From: an uncultured Saccharicrinis sp.
Lineage (GTDB): Bacteria > Bacteroidota > Bacteroidia > Bacteroidales > Marinilabiliaceae
Assembly: GCA_963677245.1 (NCBI GenBank)
Contig: OY781921.1
Span: 900,149 to 964,148, forward strand
Length of the DNA stretch: 64,000 nt
Direction: 5' to 3'
The position numbers were made by a program, and so were the translations under genes. Position 1 is the first letter of the stretch; every line of letters starts with the position of its first letter. The notes under the pieces were generated by a model that worked only from the letters and a program-made list of their open reading frames with translations, was not told the origin of the DNA and made no database searches. This document shows, piece by piece, positions 57,353 through 64,000 of this stretch.

Positions 57353-58720
57353 CTAAAAAGTGATAATCTTTATTTCAGAATTGTTTTTAATATACCGATT
57401 AAGTATAGCTCTGGCATCCTGATTATCATCAAATAACGTTATTTGCGCTAAAACATCCTCTAAACTGTTAAAACTATTCATTTTATCGACAAAACCATAG
57501 CCTTTATAAAGCCCTTCTTTAACAACAACCACAGCAGATTCATTCATATCCCTTCCTTTTTCTAACAGAACAAAATCCTCATACTTAAAAGCAAGACTTT
57601 CAATGAGCAACAGCGCTCTTTTATTATAATCTTCAGGTTTCTCTTCCTCAATACAAGCCCCATTACAATCTTTTATCTGATACTGAAAACAAGCATTCAC
57701 AGAATTTGCTAAACCACATAGTTTCTGACACAAATTATACTCATCAACCTTTGCAAATAAGAAATCTTTCCCTTCCTTTTCCGAATCAAACGAGTTTAGA
57801 GGCGTTACACGTCCATCATTTCGAGATATATTAAACCGTATATAACCTTTTCTATCTTTAAAGGTGAACAATCCAAAATAGAATTTATTCTTTTTCTGTG
57901 CTTTATTATAAATGGGTTTATTATCTTTTATTTCCTGTGATTCTTTAAGCAAAGCTACTAACTCATTACCCGTTATTTCATAATCGACATCAGCAATGTC
58001 CCTCTTCATTTTTATGGCTTTACTGGTCTTAGAATTACCTAAATGAGTCAATACTCTTTTTCGAATATTATTGCTTTTACCAATATATATCAAATCACCT
58101 TTATCATTATAAAAATAATATACACCAACTTCATGAGGCAACTTATTTACCTTATCAATATTTAAGTTTCCATGAATTCCATCTGCAGAAAATAATTTGT
58201 TTCCATCTAATGGAAGAAGAATGCCACCACCTTTTCTTAATAAAACTTCGAACAAAGAAACAGTTGCCAAAGCATCACCTGCAGCTCTATGCCTGGCATC
58301 ATTACTAATATTTAATATTTCGCATATATTACCTAAACTATATGATTTATATCCCGGCAATAACTTTCTGCTTAGCTTAACTGTACACAATGTTTCACGA
58401 GTGAAAGTATACCCTAAATTTTCAAATTCCGCCTTAATAAAACCATAATCAAAAGCTGCATTATGAGCAACAAATATATTACCCTCTGTAATCTCAACAA
58501 TTTGTTTAGCTACCTCATAAAATTTAGGTGCGTCCTGAACCATTTCATTTGTAATACCTGTTAATTGTGAAATATACGGAGGTATAAATTGCTCAGGATT
58601 TATTAACGAAACAAACTCCTCTACTACATTTTTACCATCATGTAAATAAATAGCTACTTCAGTAATTTTACCATTATTTACACTCCCTCCTGTTGTTTCA
58701 ATATCTATAATAGTATACAT
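57353..58720 (-). CDS. DnaQ-like 3'-5' exonuclease fused to a GIY-YIG nuclease domain
   Basis: ExoI YTIIDIETTG, ExoII FVAHNAAFDYGF, ExoIII HRAAGDA. The GIY-YIG part is GVYYFYNDKGDLIYIGKSNNIRKRV. I prefer the start at the Met preceding YTIIDIETTG. Confidence 0.8.
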   Translation of the reverse strand: MYTIIDIETTGGSVNNGKITEVAIYLHDGKNVVEEFVSLINPEQFIPPYISQLTGITNEMVQDAPKFYEVAKQIVEITEGNIFVAHNAAFDYGFIKAEFENLGYTFTRETLCTVKLSRKLLPGYKSYSLGNICEILNISNDARHRAAGDALATVSLFEVLLRKGGGILLPLDGNKLFSADGIHGNLNIDKVNKLPHEVGVYYFYNDKGDLIYIGKSNNIRKRVLTHLGNSKTSKAIKMKRDIADVDYEITGNELVALLKESQEIKDNKPIYNKAQKKNKFYFGLFTFKDRKGYIRFNISRNDGRVTPLNSFDSEKEGKDFLFAKVDEYNLCQKLCGLANSVNACFQYQIKDCNGACIEEEKPEDYNKRALLLIESLAFKYEDFVLLEKGRDMNESAVVVVKEGLYKGYGFVDKMNSFNSLEDVLAQITLFDDNQDARAILNRYIKNNSEIKIITF

Positions 58721-58877
58721 TCTTAATCCTAAATTTCTGATAATGTGCAAAAAACGAAAGTAGTAAATTCCTATAGAAATTGTAACCATTTTTTACCTTA
58801 TTTTTTCGCACTTAAAACGCATGAAAACCCTTGTTATTTCTTGTATAGAAGAAATTTTTAATATACATTTGTTGTAT

Positions 58878-59112
58878 AACAACGAACAAGAAAAACCGCA
58901 TCAGTTTTATTTAGATTGTTAAACTCAACACTACAATAAAACCGAGTAAAGTTTATTTTTTCCAAAGGCGGGCCTCACCTTCGGGTTATCTTTAAGATAC
59001 GGAGGATTACTGCGGATTAAGAACACTCAAATCCTGTATTCAGGAGTTTAAATAGTCCATGATTGATGCGGCCGTTATAAAAGAGCTACTTTTTAGTAGC
59101 TCTTTCTTTTTT
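58878..59112 (+). ncRNA. Candidate structured sRNA (rod-like, 6S-like topology); identity unknown
   Basis: TAcaTTTG -7 box at 58864-58871. Three nested co-linear helices: 58896-58903/59064-59071, 58919-58926/59044-59051, and 58942-58949/59007-59015. A strong hairpin plus U-tract terminator lies at 59081-59112. The segment is a GC-richer island in a 390-nt gap with no ORF. Confidence 0.35.
59081..59112. terminator. Hairpin terminator, best U-tract on the plus strand; also directly downstream of the minus-strand YihY gene
   Basis: aagagctact / agtagctctt 10-bp stem with loop tttt, followed by tctttttt on the plus strand and ttttataa on the minus strand. Confidence 0.7.
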
Positions 59113-60424
59113 ACATATCCTTAAGCAGTACATTATAGTCTGATTCTAATCGCATTGATTTAAACCTGTCAAGCACATCTTTTACCCTGTATAAACTCTC
59201 TGTTTCTTCAAAGTGAAGGTCACCGCTTCCTGAGGTTTCAATCATTTCCAAAATAGTGGAAACTTTTAGTTTATTAATATCTATTGCCGGATTATAAGAA
59301 GCAGTATTACCAGATTCTGGGGAAACTTCTATAATAACATTTGACTTAATAAGATCAAATAATATCTCATTTATTAAACGAATAGGTATCTTTAACTCCA
59401 TTGATAGTTCAAGTGCTGTTATTGGTTTATTTCCCTTTTCAAATCGCTTTATAATCTGATAACTCACCAATAAAGCTACAACTCTTTTGTATTCTGTACT
59501 TACATTTTTAGTGTCTGCCTCAAACTCAAAACTATTCACATTTTGAACGGCAAATGAAATTTCAGCTCCAAACATCACAATTAACCAGCTGGCCTGCATC
59601 CAAAATAAGAACAAAGGTAAAGCTGCAAAACTACCGTATAATGCACTCATTTTTGATACACCAACCATAAAGTTAATAAAGTAATATTGCAACAACTGAA
59701 ATAGAATACCAGCCACAACACCTCCTACCATCGCCGATAAAAAACTAACTTTTGTATTGGGCATAATTAAAATAAGCATTGTAAAGACAAAGCAAATTAA
59801 AACATAAGGTAAAATAGAAGATATAATTTTACCAACAGAATTTAGTAGGTCATAATCACTAAATTTAGAAGAAACAAAAACGATCATACTACTACTCGAG
59901 ACTAAGAATAAAAACGCAACAAGTACAATAGCAATATAATCAGTAAATTTACGAGCAAAATTTCTGGAACGCTTAACTTCCCAAATATCATTAAAACTTT
60001 GCTCTATATTGCCTAAAACATTCATTACAGACCAAAACAACAACACTAAACCAATTCCTACAATTAAGCCGCTTTTAGTGTTGCTCAAGTATTCCTCTGT
60101 TACTTTCAAAATGTACCTAAGAACCTCTTCCTGGCCGGCCATTCTAACAGTTAATTCTTTAATTAATGTGTCTTTAAAACCAAAACCCATGGCAATCCCA
60201 TATAGCATTGCTACCATTGGCACAACCGACATTAAAGAATAAAAAGTAAGTGCTGAGGCTTTTTGTTGACACTTATCGTAGATAAAACCTTTAACAGCTA
60301 AATACAGAATACGTAATACATTAACAATAATTAAATGAGGGCGAGAAAGCTCAACTTTTTGTATTCTCCACATATCCTCAGTTAGATACTTTATTATTTT
60401 GCTTAAATATTCTTTCATAAACAA
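59111..60424 (-). CDS. YihY/BrkB-family inner membrane protein with a C-terminal winged-helix-like extension
   Basis: SALTFYSLMSVVPMVAM, ALYGSFAALPLFLFWMQASWLIVMFGAE. Confidence 0.8.
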   Translation of the reverse strand: MFMKEYLSKIIKYLTEDMWRIQKVELSRPHLIIVNVLRILYLAVKGFIYDKCQQKASALTFYSLMSVVPMVAMLYGIAMGFGFKDTLIKELTVRMAGQEEVLRYILKVTEEYLSNTKSGLIVGIGLVLLFWSVMNVLGNIEQSFNDIWEVKRSRNFARKFTDYIAIVLVAFLFLVSSSSMIVFVSSKFSDYDLLNSVGKIISSILPYVLICFVFTMLILIMPNTKVSFLSAMVGGVVAGILFQLLQYYFINFMVGVSKMSALYGSFAALPLFLFWMQASWLIVMFGAEISFAVQNVNSFEFEADTKNVSTEYKRVVALLVSYQIIKRFEKGNKPITALELSMELKIPIRLINEILFDLIKSNVIIEVSPESGNTASYNPAIDINKLKVSTILEMIETSGSGDLHFEETESLYRVKDVLDRFKSMRLESDYNVLLKDM

Positions 60425-60485
60425 TAGCTAATGATTTAATTGTTGAAGTTGGAAGATAAGCATTTTAAGCCTCTGTAGGAAGAAA

Positions 60486-60856
60486 AAAATAGCAAGTCGA
60501 TAAGCCGGGTTCTGTCACTCATAAAAGAATGGTCTATCATTTGTCTACGATTGAAATTACTAACAACCTGAAGCAACCTACCCCTCACGACTGTAAAACA
60601 TCAAAACGGGCCGCTCTGTATCTTCCGAAATCGTGATATATTTGGTCTTGCAATTCATGAGATGTACGGCTATCCATGTTACCATAGATACCGGTGAGCT
60701 CTTACCTCACCTTTTCACCCTTATCCAACAAAGTTAGACGGTTATTTTCTGTTACATTACTGTATCCTTTCAGATACCTTCCCGTTAGGAAGCATGATGC
60801 CCTGCATTGCCCGGACTTTCCTCCTCTATAAATAGCGGCGATAGACTGACTTGCTA
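60486..60856 (-). ncRNA. rnpB: RNase P RNA, bacterial type A
   Basis: The minus strand contains GAGGAAAGUCCGGGC near the 5' end and ACAGAACCCGGCUUA near the 3' end. P1 is AGCAAGUC (60855-60848) paired with GACUUGCU (60498-60491), and GGUAAGAGCUCACCGG is present. A T-run follows P1. Confidence 0.95.
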
Positions 60857-60861
60857 TGCCA

Positions 60862-60869
60862 CAAAAGTA
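60862..60869 (-). promoter_or_regulatory. Candidate -7 box (TAnnTTTG) for rnpB
   Basis: The minus strand reads TACTTTTG, ending about 6 nt before the first base of P1. Confidence 0.5.
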
Positions 60870-60870
60870 T

Positions 60871-60899
60871 AAAAAAACGGCAAGATAAAAACCTTGCCG
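60871..60899 (-). terminator. Rho-independent terminator after the SPOR-domain gene
   Basis: cggcaag / cttgccg stem followed by seven T on the minus strand. Confidence 0.75.
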
Positions 60900-60909
60900 C
60901 TATTTAATA

Positions 60910-61533
60910 TTATTCAATTTGATATGGTAAATAAGCATCCAGCTCAGTTACAAAAGCCTTAGGATATCCTTTGGACTTAATATCCGGTAATGAAGCCGTC
61001 GCCTCTTCATAACTATAATCTCCAATTGTATATCTATAAATTCTATCTTCCAGATAAAATTCCTTAATATTTTCAAGGCCTTTAAAGTGAGATAAATAAA
61101 CAGGGAATCTAAAAGCACTTAACTGTATTGTATATCTTTTATTAGGATCAGTTTTAAACCCTGTTGGAACAGTACCTCCTAAATTGAATTTTGATGTATT
61201 TACTACAAATGATTGTACATATCCTAAATCTTTAAAGTATGATATTTGAGCTTTTGCTTCCTGATATGAAGAAAAACTTCCTGCACAATATCTCACATAC
61301 CCATCAGAACAAGTAAATTCTCTGGCTTCTTCAATATTTGTAAAAAAACCTGGTTCACCTGCAGGGTACTTAAGAGCAATAATTTGCACAGCCCAATCAT
61401 TACTTCCTGATACCTGAGTTACACTAACAATTTTCTTTGACGTTCTCAGTTCTCCAAGTTTATCTTTTTTACTTTGCGCATGAATACCTGAGAAAGTCAA
61501 TAATATAATTGATATAATATAAAAAGTCTTCAT
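60910..61533 (-). CDS. Secreted protein with two SPOR-like domains
   Basis: Signal peptide, then WAVQIIALKYP...YVRYCAGSFSSYQEAKAQISYFKDLGY and YTIQLSAFRFP...YRYTIGDYSYEEATASLPDIKSKGY. Confidence 0.65.
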   Translation of the reverse strand: MKTFYIISIILLTFSGIHAQSKKDKLGELRTSKKIVSVTQVSGSNDWAVQIIALKYPAGEPGFFTNIEEAREFTCSDGYVRYCAGSFSSYQEAKAQISYFKDLGYVQSFVVNTSKFNLGGTVPTGFKTDPNKRYTIQLSAFRFPVYLSHFKGLENIKEFYLEDRIYRYTIGDYSYEEATASLPDIKSKGYPKAFVTELDAYLPYQIE

Positions 61534-61551
61534 TTGATTTCTTTTAAAAGG

Positions 61552-63579
61552 TTACTTCTTTACTTTCCAAACCACAACTTCAATACGTTTATTCTTTTGT
61601 TGTTCTTCTTCGCTGCAAAGTACGCCTCGTTTACATCTGTTTATTAAATATCTTTCACCGTATCCTCTTGGAATAGTAGCATCTCCATTTACACCTCTTT
61701 CCATTAGCATACCTTCCACTTTCTCACCCATACGTTGAGTTTTCATCAAGTTATCCAACTTACTTCCACGAGCATCGCTATGAGTGTTTAACTTCACAAC
61801 TATTTGTGGATTGTTTTGAAGGTACGTGGCTAATCTGGCTAAAGTCTTTTTACTTTCTTCTAATAATTCATCTCCATCGTAATAAAGAACCATATCGCTA
61901 ATATCATCTAAAACGGTATCATTAAATACAGGCGTCATAGATATACCTTTATCATTTAAATCACCAATTTCCATGATATTAACAATCATTCGTTTGGCAT
62001 CAAATTCTCCATCTTTAGAGAAAACTAATTCAAACTCCTGACCTTCTTTTTTATATTCATCCGGAATTATAATATTAAAATTACCTTGCGCATCTGAAAC
62101 CGCACTTGCAATTACTTCTCCTGTAACATCATCAATAATTTCAACTTTTACACCTCCTGCAGCTTCATTATTAAATGTAGATTTAATTTTAGATGAAAAA
62201 GCCATTGGGAAGGATGATAAATCAACTTCCGGTTGAGCAGGTTCTTCAGTTTCCTCAGGCAAAGCTGTTATATCAATAACATCTCCAACTTCTGGTTCCT
62301 CAACAACTTCTGGTTCTTTTGGTACTTCTTTCTCCAGGTACTCTACATAAAAAATATCATCCTTATCTCCATTTCCAGACCTGTTACTCGATAAGAATCC
62401 ACGTTTAGGATTTTTTGGATTGATACTATAAGCAAAATCATCTTTTACAGAGTTAAATGGTTGCATCATATTTTGCGGATTCTTCCATTTACCATCTATA
62501 TACTCCGCTTTAAACAAATCCAAGCCTCCAAATCCATAGTGACCATCCGAAGAAAAATATAATGTATTATCCTTACTTAAATAAGGAAACTCTTCATTAC
62601 CGAATGTATTTATATCAGGTCCAATATTAACCACTTTACCATACATACCTCCTCTTAAACGTTCCACTCTATAGATATCTTTACCTCCATATCCACCTTT
62701 TTGGTTAGAAACAAAGTAAAGAAACTTATCATCTGGAGAGACTGCAGGTGTTACGCAATCATAATCGTCACTATTAAATGGTAATTCTTCTGATCTTCCC
62801 CAATCTTTACCATCATATGTAACCTTGTATATTTTAAGTCTACTATCACCTTTTACTCGAACACTTCTTGTATAATACATTGTATTATAATCCGAAGTAA
62901 AGGAAATCGCACCTATATGATAAGGGAATTGTAAATTTTCTGATAAAAGTCGTCTTTCATCACTTATTTCATCATTAATTAAATCTGAGTAATACAGATC
63001 TAAAAACGCCTTTCCTTGTTTATCTACTTTTTTGTTATCATCATCCTCAGATGTTGATGAATACACAACACCATCACGATAATAAATAATTCCAAATGAT
63101 TGTCCTGAAGTATAAACGGTAGAAGGGTTTACACGAATATCAGGATTAAATTGTTGATTTTGTAGTGCCCATTTACAAGATTCAATAAGCTCATTCACTT
63201 TTGTTGGATGAGCACCAGCAGCCTTCGCTTTTTCATACCATTCTATGGCAAATTCATAACCCCCAATTATCTTATGCCAAGTCATTGCATAGGTTAATAA
63301 ATCCTCTCCCGTTAACTCATCTTCTACTTCATTAAATGTGGTAAAAGCATTATCAATATCATTAAGCTGAAAATAACAATTAGCAATTCTTTTTTTAACT
63401 TGATTGTTAATTTTTTCTCCATCTTCTTTAGCCTTGTCATAGGAAAGTAGAGCCTGATAATACTCACCTTTCTTATACATACTATCCCCTTTTTTTATGT
63501 TTTTTCCTTGCGCATTTATAGATTGGAGCCCTATAAAACCAACAAGGATAAAAACTATGTACCGAGCAATATTCTTCAT
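61552..63579 (-). CDS. OmpA-family protein (TPR plus PD40/TolB-like propeller plus CarboxypepD_reg-like plus OmpA C-terminal domain)
   Basis: Signal peptide, TPR-like N-terminus, repeated PD40-like segments (SPDDKFLYFVSN, LYFSSDG), and the C-terminal OmpA motif NTHSDARGS...N..LS..R-like (LNTHSDARGSKLDNLMKTQRMGE). Confidence 0.8.
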   Translation of the reverse strand: MKNIARYIVFILVGFIGLQSINAQGKNIKKGDSMYKKGEYYQALLSYDKAKEDGEKINNQVKKRIANCYFQLNDIDNAFTTFNEVEDELTGEDLLTYAMTWHKIIGGYEFAIEWYEKAKAAGAHPTKVNELIESCKWALQNQQFNPDIRVNPSTVYTSGQSFGIIYYRDGVVYSSTSEDDDNKKVDKQGKAFLDLYYSDLINDEISDERRLLSENLQFPYHIGAISFTSDYNTMYYTRSVRVKGDSRLKIYKVTYDGKDWGRSEELPFNSDDYDCVTPAVSPDDKFLYFVSNQKGGYGGKDIYRVERLRGGMYGKVVNIGPDINTFGNEEFPYLSKDNTLYFSSDGHYGFGGLDLFKAEYIDGKWKNPQNMMQPFNSVKDDFAYSINPKNPKRGFLSSNRSGNGDKDDIFYVEYLEKEVPKEPEVVEEPEVGDVIDITALPEETEEPAQPEVDLSSFPMAFSSKIKSTFNNEAAGGVKVEIIDDVTGEVIASAVSDAQGNFNIIIPDEYKKEGQEFELVFSKDGEFDAKRMIVNIMEIGDLNDKGISMTPVFNDTVLDDISDMVLYYDGDELLEESKKTLARLATYLQNNPQIVVKLNTHSDARGSKLDNLMKTQRMGEKVEGMLMERGVNGDATIPRGYGERYLINRCKRGVLCSEEEQQKNKRIEVVVWKVKK

Positions 63580-63729
63580 GATAAAAGATATTTTTTCTAT
63601 GATAAAAGGTTTTAACCCAAAAGCTGCTTAAACTATTGTTTAGAACATTTAAGTTATGATTAAAATATGATTTTGTTTATTAAAAACTATCTATTCTTTC
63701 TAATTATTCATAATTATATACTAACTCAA

Positions 63730-64000
63730 TTAAAAATAACGAATTGAACGCATTCCTGCCCGTCTATTGAAAGTAAAATCAAATTGTAAGCTAATTTCAT
63801 GCGATCCAAATTTCGCATATTTATTTAGGCTACTTAAAGAATAATCAAAAGAATATCTAACTGTAAACTGTCTGTTTATAATATATTCAGTTAAAAAAAC
63901 CATTTCTGACACTGAGCGATATGAAAGTCCCAACCATAAGGTTTCAGCTAATAAAACATTACCTGAAACATCAAACTGAAGTGGTGCACCATATACTTCC
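63730..64000 (-). CDS. PorP/SprF-family type IX secretion membrane protein, C-terminal part (gene runs off the right edge)
   Basis: C-terminus ...GSHEISLQFDF...SIRYF. The reading frame stays open from 63933 to position 64000 (...GAPLQFDVSGNVLLAETLW-LGLSYRS), so the track's 67-aa ORF is a truncation. Confidence 0.7.
   Translation of the reverse strand, partial: EVYGAPLQFDVSGNVLLAETLWLGLSYRSVSEMVFLTEYIINRQFTVRYSFDYSLSSLNKYAKFGSHEISLQFDFTFNRRAGMRSIRYF

Noticed and set aside
63730-63933. A stand-alone 67-aa ORF as listed in the track.
   Set aside because: The frame continues open upstream to the window edge, and the sequence is the C-terminus of a PorP/SprF-type protein. It is reported as a partial CDS instead.
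1-64000. A search for CRISPR arrays, tRNA/rRNA genes, IS elements, integrases or prophage remnants.
   Set aside because: I noticed no regularly spaced direct repeats, no tRNA-like T-arm (GGTTCGAATCC-type) sequences, and no transposase or integrase motifs in any frame. Absence is by visual inspection only.

Overview
This is an AT-rich chromosomal window, most likely from a member of Bacteroidota. Supporting signs are a PorP/SprF plus OmpA/PD40 type IX secretion-associated gene pair at the right edge, TAnnTTTG-type -7 boxes in front of RNA genes, and the overall gene content.

Layout:
(1) 0-12.4 kb: an azoreductase fragment, a Crp/Fnr regulator, a multi-PAS histidine kinase, a LytS/LytTR two-component pair, a putative outer-membrane (OM) barrel protein, a TolC-MFP-RND efflux operon and a YchJ-like protein.
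(2) 12.4-38.7 kb: one ~26-kb polysaccharide (capsule/O-antigen-like) locus, entirely on the minus strand. It carries Wza, Wzc, Wzx, Wzy, three GT4 glycosyltransferases, an O-acetyltransferase, a NodB-type deacetylase, FnlABC (UDP-L-FucNAc pathway) and a PglF/DegT/PglC-like amino-sugar initiation set.
(3) 39-64 kb: mostly housekeeping genes (aspartokinase, trpB, nrnA, ndk, ltaE, gpx, prfC, M23 peptidase and others). Three RNA elements here are invisible to an ORF track: a SAM-I riboswitch upstream of aspartokinase, RNase P RNA (rnpB), and a candidate ~230-nt structured sRNA.

The least explained content sits inside the polysaccharide locus. It holds two diverged 433-aa paralogues of a secreted right-handed beta-helix protein, each attached to uncharacterised partners. 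One partner is a 529-aa two-domain protein that is translationally coupled to the first paralogue. The other partners are a membrane-anchored propeller-like protein and a small Cys-motif protein. A FemAB/GNAT-like protein also lies near the deacetylase.

I saw no CRISPR array, tRNA, rRNA, transposase or integrase. All functional calls come from reading motifs in the supplied translations and in the DNA. No database search was run, so family assignments are recognition-based and should be confirmed with HMM or structure searches.
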